Shown: piece after piece, positions 12,637 through 25,141 of the stretch | Numbering within the stretch: the stretch's first letter is position 1 | How the letters are laid out: each line of letters starts with the position of its first letter | Assembly (NCBI RefSeq): GCF_006345805.1 | Contig: NC_042998.1 | Span: forward strand, 80,476,001-80,540,000 | Direction: 5' to 3' | DNA: 64,000 nucleotides | DNA from: Octopus sinensis | Taxonomy: Eukaryota | Notes under the pieces: generated by a model | The model's input: only the letters and a program-made list of their open reading frames with translations | Database searches by the model: none | Told to the model about the DNA's origin: nothing | Translations under genes and position numbers: made by a program

Positions 12637-14581
12637 ATTTATACTTAGGGTAGAACAGAGTGCTCGACATAAAGAATCTAGCTTGACTGAAGATTCCCAA
12701 TCCGTGATGAAACCGCTAGTTCTCTGTATTGAACTTTCTAGTACCCTTATTTATATCATCAAAATAGTTTTAATGTGTCGTTTATATAAGGTTTTTTTTT
12801 TCTTTTCAAATACGATACGAATACGTTTCGGTTGAATCGGATTATTGATGTTATTGACGTATTTATCATATGTTCTCACAGTGCTTCACTGCTCCTCTTT
12901 TGTTCATTAGTAATGTGATTGATTGTGAGTTGCTAATGGACTTTAATTAAGGTAATTGAGTCAGTAATTTTACGGTCTAACGAATATTATTAATTTGCTG
13001 AATATCATTTCCTAGCTCATAACGCTATATCTGGTATTAACTTACCTGGCAAGTGGTGCCTATTCAATGAGGATTTTATATAGTTATGCAACAGAGGAGA
13101 AGATGTGTATGAATCTGTGCCAGCTATCTATGGTGACAACGTCTATCGAGAAGGATGGATCAACTGATAAAATCCATTCACCCATCCACTATTCCTGGGA
13201 GGGTAAGTGAGGGAAGAGTATTCAGGCACATAGAGCCCTATCAGAAGCAAACGTCATTAGACTTACTGCTACTGCTACTGCTACTGCTACTACTACTACG
13301 GACGATTGATGAACGAGTTGAAAACAATTTTTGACAATGTCACATATGAGGAAGGCCATAGTAAAAATGCATGGTTATCATAGAGAACTCTGGCAATTTC
13401 TGGGGACCTAGAAACGATCTCTATGCTGCTTAAATGGTAGAAATACTGATGAATATTTCATGGAACTGTAAAAATAAGTAGGTATGTGAGTGTTTCACGA
13501 TTTCATTATCAGTTTGGTGTTGTATACATTGGTCCTTGATCTTCAAAAACTGAATGAAACTGATCATTTTAATTTAGCTAAAGTTGTGGTCATTATACAA
13601 TGAGTTGCAGGAACTACTCATACTGTTGTGTGTGTCTATACTCATTAAACCTTTTAAAAATAAAACTGGCAGCGAAGCGTAAACGAGCAAAAAATGCGGA
13701 GGTAGTCACTAATTTGTATTTCAGTTTTTTCATCTACACGACAGAGTGATATAAATGTATGTAAGTTTAAACCAGCTGGTTCTCCAAAACCAAAACATAA
13801 AACTGACAATTTAATTATCCAAAGAAAATAGATAGTGGTAGGTATCCAGGGATATGTGCTTTATCAAATGAAAAGAATAAATATGAAATACTGTGAGATA
13901 CAGGTGCTCAATGCAATGTCTTCCAATTGATGTTACTGAGAAAGTATCCTGAAGTTATTACCAATACGCAATAAACACAACGCTTCCATTTCAGGTCATA
14001 TAATGTCACCAGTGGGAGAAGTAACTGCCAGTGCAACTCACAGAGGTTGCACTATTTATATATGATTGACTCTGTTAAATAAATAAGTAAATAAAACGGA
14101 GGTTAGAGGTAGAAAAAGAGTAAAAATTGTGTAAATCTGCGAAAGAAGCTTGCTTCCCAACCACATGGTTCCCAGTTCAGTTTTACTACGCGGCACCTTG
14201 GGTAAATAAATATCTTCTACTATAGTCTCGGGTTAACCAAAGCTTTGTGACGGGATTTGGTAGACGGAAACTGAAAGAAGCCCAACGTGTGTGTGTGTGT
14301 CTTCATCTTAGATCATTATGTCTGATCTGTTATGCTTAAATTTTACTAAGGTTTTGACATTAACATTCTACCATTTTTTTGCTGTATCTTGGAAGGGTCA
14401 TTATACCAATAAATACACACACTGGTTCTATTTCACGTATTCATTTATTTATTCATTTGTCAATAGGTTAACTATTTAACCAATTAACTAATCGATTAGT
14501 TGATTATGATTAACTAAGCAATTAATCACACAATTAGTTAATTTGCTAAATACTTAAACTGATAAATAAAAATAAAGAAGG

Positions 14582-14857
14582 CTCAGGCGTGGCTATGTGA
14601 TAAGAAGCTTGTTTCCCAACCACATGATTCCGGATTAAGTCCCACTGCATGGCACCTTGTGCAAGTGTCTTCTACTATATCTTCAGGCTAACCAAAGCCT
14701 TGTGAGTGGATTTGGTAGACGGAAACTGAAAGAAGCCCGTTATGTATATGTATGTATATACCTATGTGTGTGTGTGTGTTTGTGTCTGTGTTTGTCTTCC
14801 ACCACTGCTTGACAACCAGTGTTGGTGTGTTTATTTGTAATCTAACGGTTCGGCAAA
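14582..14857 (+). mobile_element. SINE family A, 5' part, truncated at the mariner fragment
   Basis: CAGGCGTGGCTATGTGATAAGAAGCTTG head; matches 50641 copy. Another partial copy at about 14145-14300. Confidence 0.75.
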
Positions 14858-15264
14858 AGACCAAACACCCAGGAAAACTGAAAAGAGGTCTTGTTTCATC
14901 AAGACAATGTTTCATCAAGACATGTCCTTGGTTTCAATGGCCGATGTGCATGACTATGGTTTTGAACTGGTTGATCAGCCTCCCTATTCTCCTGATTAGG
15001 CCTCATCTGACTATCATCTCTTCCCAACACGAAAAAACACTTGCTTGGGAACCTCTTTCACGGTGATGATAACGTCATATCTGTTGTTAATGAGTTTTTT
15101 GACTAACAGGATGAAAGTTTCTTCACCAATGGGATCCAAGCACCGCAACACCGATGGAAGAAGTGTGAAGACTGCAAGAGGAACTATGTTGAAAAATAAA
15201 CCTCATTTAGTGACATTCCGTGAGGGTATCATGGTTAGCCTATGAACCTTTCAGCTACCCTCGT
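14858..15264 (+). mobile_element. Mariner transposase 3' fragment with right TIR
   Basis: With frameshifts: PGKLKR..FHQDN, GFELVDQPPYSPD*ASSDYHLFP (YSPDLAPSD motif), RWKKC..GNYVEK* (stop 15197-15199), then TIR-like CCTATGAACCTTTCAGCTACCCTCGT. Confidence 0.85.
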
Positions 15265-16883
15265 TCAAATATTTTGCTTATCCTAATGGAGTGAGACGCT
15301 TATTAAGTATAGCAATATGGCCAACTTTGTTGCTTTTCAATCAGAAATGAGTGAACATCGGAGAAAAACATACAATAAAAATAAGCACATGAATGAACTG
15401 AAATAGAACCCAAAGCATTTGACAGTACCGGATTAGCCATTAGTAACTCATCAGTATTGGGCTACTTTGACTTAAAGGCTAAGCATGTCAAGGACTCTCA
15501 CTGAACACAAATACAGTCAGACTGAAAGAGAGATATAGCGGATGTTATTGGTGTTAAACACTTTCACAAGTATGTGTATGGTATGTTATTCCAAGTAATT
15601 TCAGATTATAAAACATTGATAAACATTCTGTGCAAACTCCCTTTACAAGGTTCCTCCGAGATAGCAGAACATGATGTTATAGAATATAGGATTATGTTAC
15701 TTTCTAAAATATTTACAGGGAGAAGAATTGACAATTGTAGATACACTTAGTCGTGCAAACCGTAGTATCGTTTCCTTCACTTATGGGACAAACGATCTAA
15801 CTTTTTAAAATTGATACGTTACCAACACGTCTAATGAAAGATACAAACACATTGCTGGACCGAAAAGTAAGACTGCAACAGAAAGTCAACTAGTACATGT
15901 TCTTAGAACAAAACTGGCTTGAAAATTGCATTTTATTACCCTAAGCTATCAAGAGTTTCTGGCCATGTCGAGGATATACAATACAAAGATTAAAGAGCTT
16001 TTGTTGTTTATTTGGGATAAACGATAATTTTAGAGGGAAGAGAGATGATTATGAAATGTTGATTTTGGCTTCACGGGAGGATGTTAGCATTAATAGAGAC
16101 AAGCAAGCAACAACAACAAAAAAGTGGTTAGAAGTGATATAAAGGTTTATATTATATGATGATGCAATATATAAAAATTAATCCATCTGACAATATATAA
16201 AAATACATAGAATATAAATAACTATAGTAAGAAATGAATGCCTACACGAATCATTATCATACGACTGATAATTTTTTTATGCGGAATGACAAGGAAAATA
16301 ATGGGGGTCATATGGACATATTCTGATACTTTGGAGAAGGTGTATGCAAGGCAGTACTGGAGACGTCAGTATATCAGTAGGTTCTAATGTAAATCGAGGT
16401 GTTAGATTATTGGAAAGATTGGTGAAGATTATAATTGGGATAAAGTAACTCGAGATTGTTAGTCTATCAAACAGGGTGCACATGCAGTTTAAAATATCCT
16501 ATTTGTTTTTTAGATCTTGTGATGGAAAGAGATTCTTTCTGAATGTAGGAGGAAGGTGGTTGTTTTAAGCAAAATATTTTTAGACTTTCTGCAGTACAAA
16601 AATTACATGGGTTTCATCAACATAAACAAATTGTTTTTATCTTCATTTTATATTATAATTCCATTCACATCTTCAACACTTTATGGCGATGTTTCGCTTG
16701 TCGTAGCACAAGTTTCCGTCAACCGAAACGTTGCCGAAATGGCCGAAATATTAAATTGATCCAAATGCTTCACTGATACTTTGTTTTTATTGACCTCGGA
16801 AGGGTGAATACAAAGTTGTTCACGAGTAGAATAAAAATTGTGTTGGCTCCCGCCAGTGGAGAAGTGCAGAACAATCAGGTAAA

Positions 16884-17118
16884 GGCGGCGAGCTGGCAGA
16901 AACGTTAGCACGCCAGGCGAAATGCTTAGCGGTATTTCGTCTGCGTTACGTTGTGAGTTCAAATTCCGCCGAGGTCGACTTTGCCTTTCAACCTTTCGGG
17001 GTCGATAAATTAAGTACCAGTTACGCACTGGAGTCGATGTAATCGACTTAATACCTATGTCTGTCCTTGTTTGTCCCCTCTGTGTTTAGCCCCTTGTGGG
17101 TAATAAAGAAATAGGTAT
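16884..17118 (+). mobile_element. SINE family B, full length
   Basis: Well-preserved copy. Other family B copies at about 7644-7864(+), 33640-33845(-), 34322-34510(+), 50272-50480(+), 51540-51712(+), 52030-52240(-), 55430-55640(-), 62873-63070(+). Confidence 0.9.
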
Positions 17119-18566
17119 CGGGGTTCCAGAGAAGACAGGGTTCTTGGTCGCTGTTCGACCTCTAGTTAAAAAGAATCATTGTCTACGGTGAACGCAGAAT
17201 CATCCACCTCTCACCACACGAATATGTAGCTAGCCAGTTCTTAACCAAAACACAACATATGTTCAGATCTCTCTACTGGTAAACAGTGATACAGCTTCCA
17301 GCAAGTAACCGTGGTAAATATTGTTAAGTTATGTGCATAGAAATGGTCTCATCAAAAATCTAAAATGGATTTTGTTCTAAATGGGAAACAGCACGCACCT
17401 AAATCAGCGTAAGCAAATAACCAAAAATATTCAAAATCCCTCTATCCAAGTTATAGACTATTAAATACCGCAAGCATTTTTGCCCAACGCTGGCGATTCT
17501 GCTCATTCCACAGCCTATATTGTGCAAAAATAAACGATACATCTGCTCGATTATTGTTGAACAATATTTTAAACAAATATGTTTTTAAAATATCGATTTC
17601 TTTTAAATATTTATTCTATAAAACGGTGTTCTAATTTAATGTTCTCCTACAAGCCGATTTAGTTGCAGCATAATCTCAAATCGGTACCGATTGAGCTAAC
17701 CCATAGCAAGCAAAAACTTTCCACCCACGATCATCCAACTTAATTTTAGCAATAGGATAAGCTACTTTTAGATGTATCTTTCATTTTTAAAGATGACTAA
17801 GCGAGATTAAAGGGAACTTAGCTGTTGTTTCTAGCGGGTTGAGGGACCACATAGATATATTCTTCCTTGGTTCAATTTGTTTTAATTATTCTTATTTAAG
17901 CTCCGGAAAACGACAATCCATGACGATGTCCAATGTGCTCTTCCAGTCTAACGATAAAAAGGGAGTGAATTTGGTTGTTATCTCAAGCAAGTCGAATGAC
18001 AGCGTAGATGCTTTCCCGCTTTAGTACTAACTGTTGGTTTTCTGCAGGTTTATAAAGAAGTTACTTCACGTTTTTCAAACTAACAAAAGGAACAGACAGC
18101 ACAAATTCGGCCGTGGTTAAGCAATGAAAAGCAAGCAGCTGAATTGAACGACCTCACTCTTCTTACACCAATTTCAATTAGTGATCTACATTCGACGATT
18201 GAGTGATAAAGACACAACGCATAGAAACATGCATACGTGCATACATGCGTATATACGCATAAGTCTTTAGGCTGAAATATTAAAAAGGATATTATATGTG
18301 TGTATATAATACGTATATATGTGTGTAATGTACGCGCACACGCATACACAGAGACACATACATACTGTCACATCAATTTAATGCGGCAATCTTTCGTTTT
18401 TAGTACAATTTACGCAGATTGCCTTTAATGCTACGTTATTTTTATATTGATCTAGCAAAATTAATTTGTGCCAGTGTAAGGTACAACTAAAAACAGAAAC
18501 CATGAAGACCAGTGGTAGCATGCGTCAGCAAAAATATTGTTTATTGTACACACGCGCACATTATAT

Positions 18567-18677
<111 letters not shown>

Positions 18678-18767
18678 GTTAATCCAAACATGAAAGCACA
18701 AAAAAACACAACAACGCGAGGACGTGGAACAAATATAGTATTACTGGACGCTCAGGAAAGAAGGAGG

Positions 18768-18802
18768 GTTTAACGTTTCGAGCGGAGCTCTTCGTCGGAA
18801 AC
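18768..18802 (-). ncRNA. Candidate minimal type-I hammerhead ribozyme in a Penelope-like terminal fragment (18680-18802)
   Basis: GUUU CCGACGA A GAGC-UCC-GCUC GAAAC GUU AAAC: 4-bp stem I, core with U4C, 4-bp stem II, palindromic AACGUU in place of stem III. Confidence 0.5.
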
Positions 18803-19170
18803 AATATATGTCTGTATGAATTAGATGTTAAGTAAAACTGAAAAAAGATGTAACTCTCATAATGTGTGGAAATTACTCCTGGAAGTGACATCCATAATCC
18901 AAGGTGATATCCATAATCCCATGGATTATGGATTATGACGATTTTACCGTTCCTTACTATTTCTATTATGTTATTATTTTATTTTATTATTTTACCTTCC
19001 TCGCATGTTAGATTCCTAACATTATAGTCTCTCTGATGAAGCTTTGGGGCTCAGTCATTGTCCAACCCCTGTCCAATGTTCGTTCAACCTTTGTAAGGTT
19101 CTTGCATATTACTACATAGTAGAAACAGCTGTAAGGGCTTAGTATTTTTCATTCATTTATTCTTATTCAT

Positions 19171-19458
19171 TTATTTACTTGTTTATTTTTATTTATCTAT
19201 TTATTTACTTGTTTATTTTTATTTATCTATTTATTTACTTGTTTATTTTTATTTATCTATTTATTTACTTGTTTATTTTTATTTATCTATTTCTTTACTT
19301 GTTTATTTTTATTTATCTATTTATTTACTTGTTTATTTTTATTTATCTATTTATTTACTTGTTTATTTTTATTTATCGATTTATTTACTTGTTTATTTTT
19401 ATTTATCTATTTATTTACTTGTTTATTTTTATTTATCTATTTATTTACTTGTTTATTT
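19171..19458. repeat. 30-bp minisatellite, about 9.6 units (TTATTTACTTGTTTATTTTTATTTATCTAT)
   Basis: Direct; two units carry single substitutions (at about 19293 and 19378). Confidence 0.95.
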
Positions 19459-19506
19459 GCTTAGTTCATTTGTTTATTTTGATTACTTTTTACATATACT
19501 CTTTAC

Positions 19507-19891
19507 TCTTTTACTTGTTTCAGTAATTTGACTGCGGCCATGCTGGAGCACCGCCTTTAATCGAGCAACTCGACCCCGGAACTTATTCTTTTGTAAGCCC
19601 AGTACTTATTCTATCGGTCTCTTTTGCCGAACCGCTAAGTAACGGGACATAAACACACCAGCATCGGTTGTCAAGCAATGCTAGGGGGACAAACACAGAC
19701 ACACACAAGCATATATATGTATACATATATACGACGGGCTTCTTTCAGTTTCCGTCTAACAAATCCACTCACAAGGCTTTGGTCGGCCCGAGGCTATAGT
19801 AGAAGACACTTGCCCAAGGTGCCACGCAGTGGGACTGAACCCGGAATCATGTGGTTGGTAAACAAGCTACTTACCACACAGCCACTCCTGC
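19507..19891 (-). mobile_element. SINE family A (CORE-like), full length
   Basis: tRNA-like head GGCTGTGTGGTAAG..GGTTCAGTCCC, CORE-like GGCACCTTGGGCAAGTGTCT, internal microsatellite, tail GAAACAAGTAAAAGA. Confidence 0.9.
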
Positions 19892-20656
19892 GCCTATGAT
19901 GGTAATCAATTAATAAATAGATATAAATGAATGTCTACAGGTTGATGTTTGTCGATTGATTATCCTCTCCATTTTCTTATTTGCCTTACACACACACACA
20001 CACATACACACACACACACACACACACAGGGTGCGATGTATAAATTGTCGCCATTTTATATTTTGATTTCGCGCGTGCGCATTGTTTTTGATTTTGTCGA
20101 CTACACAGTATGGTAGGTTAGTTGGGCACCGTCTGAGGAAAATAGCACCATGACGCAATTCACTCTGCCAGAAATTTGGAAACGACATGCTATACTGCTT
20201 GGCATTCGCGCCGGAAGCTCCAATACGAACATTTCAAGAGGCTTTGGATGTCAATCTGACAGTGCAATCTGAAGACATGTACCGAGAGTGATTAAAATCA
20301 AACATCCAGTCAACATCATGGTGTTTGGAGTGATCGCTAGTGATGGCGACGTTATGCCTCCATTCATCTTCCTACACGGCCTCACACTCAACACAGAGGC
20401 CTACATCAAATGCCTGGTGGAGGTTGTGCTGCTCTGCCTCAAGAGGGTGGATGCTGGAAGACCCTCTGTCTGGTATCAGGATTCTGCATCATGTTACACA
20501 AGCAGAACCCAGTCATGGCTGTCACACAATTTCTGCAATCACATCACCCCTAATATCTGGCCACCTAACTCCCCAGACTGTAATCCCCTTATGTGTGGGG
20601 CACAGTTGAACGAGAGACCAACAAGACTCCTTGTACCACCAAAGATGAACTGAAGG

Positions 20657-20817
20657 CAATAGCGTAGCTAGGTGGAGGTGGTAGGGACGGTCCGCCCCGG
20701 GCGGTACTTTTAAAGGGGTACCACCTTAGGGTCTGCTGTAGGCTATATGTTTTTTGTGGGGTCAGGGGGCGGCAAGCGGAAGGGCCGAGGGTGGCACACA
20801 CTCTAGCTACGCTAGCG
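20657..20817. mobile_element. 161-bp hAT-type MITE inserted in the maT transposase
   Basis: TIR core TAGCGTAGCTAG/CTAGCTACGCTA; 8-bp TSD ACTGAAGG/ACAGAAGC (6/8). Removing it restores the host reading GATGAACTGAAGGCAAGGATTATG. Confidence 0.8.
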
Positions 20818-20998
20818 ACAGAAGCCAAGGATTATGGCAGCACTCACCAACTTAAACAAGGAAACCGTCCAGAAGAGTTGCAGGAGATTCGGAAGTTGTC
20901 TGGAGGCCGTGGTTGAAGCCAATGGCGATTTTATTTAATAAATTTACTCTTTAGTATTTCAAGATATTTTTTATGTAATTTTGGTAAATACATCTGTT

Positions 20999-21408
20999 GG
21001 ATCTTTTCGGTTTGAATGGCAGTTTTTTCTAGCGGTGTCATATGAAATTGTCACTCATAATTATGACCCTAGTATCAATCTATTGCATTTCAATCTGTTT
21101 TAGGGTTAGGGGCAGGGGGAAGGGTATATTTTTTCTTCAGAAATGTAAATAAACCCAATCTGTTTCTTAAACGAGGGACATATTCATACGGCACAAAATG
21201 TTTTCACGTCAATAGAAGTCATTGATTGGTTGAAATTGCAGAAATTGAAGAAAAAAACAACACATATCTTACAAACTATAGAATTTTCTCAATAAAGCCA
21301 AGAGAAAAAGATGTTTTATAAACACATTCTACCAGTATACGAAGTTTAAAAGTGTTTAGTTAAGTGGAAATTATTTTTAAAAAACTGCCGTTCAAACCGA
21401 AAAGATCC
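20999..21408. mobile_element. GGATC-ended MITE (Merlin-like), monomeric 410-bp form
   Basis: TIR GGATCTTTTCGGTTTGAA(T/C)GGCAGTTTTT; perfect 8-bp TSD CATCTGTT (20991-20998, 21409-21416). Confidence 0.9.
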
Positions 21409-21712
21409 CATCTGTTTAAAAGAGATATCAGTGTTATTTTCATTTTTGCGTAATTTAGTCGACAGTTTTTTCACCGCACTCCGTGTGTATCTATCTATAT
21501 GCATGTATGTATGTATGTATGTATGTATGTATGTATGTATGTATGTATGTATGTATGTATGTATATTACTGGTAAAACAACAAGGAACAATAAAACTAGA
21601 CTTAGTCCCAGAGCAGACAAAAGAACCCTAAGAATACCAGGACCAAAATGGAGATACACTCAACTACCTATAGAATGTGCTTCTCCGGATTTATGTTTTT
21701 CTAAAAAAAATT

Positions 21713-21780
<68 letters not shown>

Positions 21781-23963
21781 GGAGAGGAAGAGGGTGTAGA
21801 GAGATGGATTGCTAGATAGCGCACGCGAGAGAGACAAAGAGAGAGAGAAATGCTATAATGAATTCCTATGCAGCAGCTGATGATGGGATGTCTATGCCCC
21901 TTTATATTAAAACTATTGTTATTGTGATGTGTAGCTACTACTTGTTCATATGCTCCCTTTTGGTTCGGTCATGACTGTGTTCATTACATTGAGTGTATCC
22001 CTATTTTTGTCCTGGTGTTTTTAGGGTTCTTTTGTCTGCTCTAGGACTAAATCTAGTTTTATTGTTCCTTCAGTTGCTTCATTTTATGCTTATGTCTTAA
22101 GGGTCTTATAATTTAATTTGAACTAGATCAAAGTTTTTAATATTTTTTTTACATGGTTATTAGCTGCAGTATATCAGAGTTCTAGTGGTATTAGAATTAT
22201 TGGGCTCGATATTGGCTAATTAGTAAGTTTATTTGGCATATGACGCACGCACAGACACACAGTCTATATATGCGTGAATGAAAGAGAGAGAAAGAGTATA
22301 TATAGATACACAGGAGCACCTGCTTCGTAATCCTTTTAATCTTGAACTATTTTGTAAGAACAACAAAACTGAACCTGAATTTTAAAACAAAATTAACACT
22401 GTATACGCATCATACTGCGTATTTTTGTCACTCTCACTCAGAAGGATGAAAGGCAAAGTAAAACCCTTGTAGGATATAAATCCAGAACGTAAAGAGAGAA
22501 CCAATTTATTTCATTGCATTCCGACGAAGGGCTCTGTCTGAAATGTTAGAATGATCCCCACTTCCTCGCGGCAAACCAATTTATTTGGGTTTTTCAACTG
22601 TTTACACCCACACAAACGCCAATGTAGGCCATCGCTAGTTTCTGGAATATTATACTTTATTTGACATTGCCTTTGCGCCAAATGAAAACAAATATCAACA
22701 AACTAGAGGGAAATAAGGCTTTATATCAGAAAGTGTGTACAATTGTAACTATTCTAGCTTGAATCCTTACGTGTTTTTAAACCGCGCCAAAATCCCTGAC
22801 TGTGAACTTTCCATTGAATCGGTCACATCTTTCTTCCTTAGCTCTTCTTTTAAGCCAAGTACTTTCTCATGTTATTTGATAAAAGCTGAGTCATCGTTGA
22901 TGACACTTCCCTTTACATATTTACCTCCTGCGCATAGTATTTTTATTATATATATATATATGTATATATACTTTTTTTTTTTTACTGAATTTGATTTACA
23001 CAAACCGTTAATCAGGCACAGCAGTCAACCAACCACCTGTTCGTGTAGCATTCCGATGACAATAGGCGTGTCTTTTTCAAACTGCTTTGCCTTCCACCAC
23101 CACTTCATTTTTCCTATATCTCATTGTTTTAACAGGGAATTTCAGTTTTAAAAATAACCCAATCATTACTGGCTATTTATATTACCATCAAGAATTATAT
23201 TTCAACACGCAATAATGAGATGTATTCCGTTTTTTTCTTTGTTTTGCTTCCATGAATAAATATATAAAAATATTGATTTCTTTTTGACAAGGCACTGGAG
23301 TAATTTTCATAGGGAAGAGAGCGTACATTTGATTGAAATTTTGAGTTTTATAACACACTGCTGACACTTATTGGAACTAGCGAAGTGGTCGCTCTATAGG
23401 CTAGAAATAGCAGCCCAATCTCCATCAAAAATAAACCGATGAGCTAAATATGGGTTTACTTCGTTAAGATTGCCCTGGGGGTTTAACAACTAGCGTTTAT
23501 TTTGACGTCTCCGAACTGATGAAAAGTGAATTTGAATACGGTGGTAATTGAATTCAGAACGAGACGAAAATAAATAGTTTTCAGTTCAAATATCTATTCC
23601 GAATATCTATGTCGCTTGTATCGGAGGAGCCTCTGTGATGTCGCTCGAATCAGTTAGAAATAGCAGTCAAATATACCTTAAATTACACCCTCTCTTAAAA
23701 TAAAGAAAGGACACTTTGGATAATGTAGTAACTACATATGCTTTAAAAGGGAAGGGATGGTCACAGGTCTGCCCGATCAGGGATGGGTGTGGGTTAAGCT
23801 ACAACTCACAACTTTTGAATACATAAAAAGGTAAATTTATATTTTCAAACAAAGGTAGTTATATGGTGTTTATTAAGTCTCGACCATTAAAATCTAATTT
23901 TAATAGTTTTACGTTACAAAAAAAGTGTATTTACAAACATTCTATTCCCGATTTTAAGTGGCC

Positions 23964-24116
23964 TTTTTTTTTTTTTTTTTGGCTTCTTTTTCAGTTTATT
24001 GTGTTTTGGAACTGTTATATAAAAATATAAGTTTACCACATAAGAATATTATTTTATGGGACACCTGGCCAATTGTAGGAGCATAATTGCAAATCGCCTC
24101 CATCCCACTGATTTTG
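23964..24116 (-). pseudogene. 3' end of a poly(A)-tailed retroposed sequence, probably continuing at 24764-24819 and 32688-33330
   Basis: On minus: AATAAA (23995-24000), 14 nt, then A17 (23964-23980). Source gene not identified; no TSD found. Confidence 0.4.
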
Positions 24117-24755
24117 GGATCTGTTCCTTTTGAACGGCAGACAATTTCTAGTTAACTAAACACTTTAAAATTTCGTATACTGGTAGAATGTGTCAAAATA
24201 AAACACTTTTTTCTCTTGGCTTTCTTGAGAAAATTGTAATTTGTTTGTTTAACGTAGTTTAATTTTTCGAATTTTAACCAATCCTATGCTCTCTTTTGAG
24301 CTAAAATCATTTGCTGCGTCTAAAACTGAGACGACATCCTGTAACTAACCCTAACCTCCCCCCTAACCCTAACCCTAATTTTTTTTTTCTTAATTGTTAA
24401 ATTAATTTAATTGTTACGCGTGTAAAAAAAACTAAAGCAATGGAATTAAATTAATTTAACAATTAAGAAAAAAAATTTAGGGTTAGGGTTAGTGGGGAGG
24501 TTTAGGGTTAGTTACAGGATGTTGTCTCAGTTTTAGACGCAGCAAATGATTTTAGTTGAATGGAGGTAATCGATTGGTTAAAATTGCCGAAATGCTCGGA
24601 TTTTCAGACGAAATATCTTACAAACTACAGAATTTTCTCAATAAAACCAAGAGAAAATGATGTTTTATAAACACATTCTACCAGTATACGAAGTTTAAAA
24701 GTGTTTAGTTAACTAGAAATTGTGTTGACATCTGCCGTTCAAAAGGAAAAGATCC
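24117..24755. mobile_element. GGATC-ended foldback MITE (Merlin-like) with ~290-bp arms
   Basis: Arms are reverse complements around a spacer at about 24412-24442; TSD TGATTTTG/CGAGTTTG (6/8); (CCCTAA)n/(TTAGGG)n-like runs inside the arms. Confidence 0.85.
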
Positions 24756-24819
24756 CGAGTTTGTTTCCCTGTAACGTTCTGGAAAATACATGTTTTTAAA
24801 TTGGCATTTTGCATTAGTA

Positions 24820-25141
24820 GATAATGGAATGGAAGGTTTATAATACCTGTGCAGTATCTCCTTCTCCCATTATAATCATTTTGTAGTCTCAAGGAGCTGG
24901 AACATGAAGTGGTTCTCAAACGGAGTACAATTCAATAGCTGTTTATTTACAGAGTTCTTGTTCATGTGGTTCTCTCTCAGTGACCACCTTTATAGCAGCG
25001 CCTGGTTTGTTTTGACTCCGTACATGTAAGGTTCATTACCTCTGGAGATATAAGCATGTGGATTCAGAGCGGGACAAGAGTCCGCTGTTAGCTGCTGACT
25101 ACGCAGTATTTCTCAGCGTAAACGTGAGAAGGAATGAGAGA
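24820..25141 (-). repeat. 3' LTR (partial) of the Gypsy element
   Basis: About 95% identical by eye to 29573-29894; cut at 25141 by element A. Confidence 0.8.

Larger units (their letters stand above)
13860..16010 (+). mobile_element. Old Ty3/Gypsy pol remnant, split by SINEs and a mariner
   Basis: DTGAQCNV protease motif at 13897-13920. RNase H-like SRTL..KYSQTERE and GVKHFHKYVYG..FQVISDYKTL..IVDTLSRA at about 15490-15760. Many stops and frameshifts. Confidence 0.65.
20027..21483 (+). mobile_element. Tc1/mariner-superfamily transposon of maT (DD37D)-like type, decayed, carrying two nested MITEs
   Basis: IMVFGVIASDGDVMPPFIF..WYQDSA..WPPNSPDCNPL, continuing DELKARIMAALTNLNKETVQKSCRRF..EAVVEANGDFI* once the inserts are removed. 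Imperfect TIRs 20027-20050 and 21460-21483 (18/24). Third catalytic D is deleted, so DD37D is inferred. Confidence 0.8.

Noticed and set aside
19179-19526. 115-aa FIYL-repeat ORF, or a CRISPR-like array
   Set aside because: It is a spacerless 30-bp tandem repeat in a eukaryote; no stops only because of base composition.
24770-24819. TGTAACG at 24770 as the Gypsy LTR terminus
   Set aside because: This segment is absent from the other LTR, whose end is fixed by the adjacent PBS; shared sequence starts only at about 24821.
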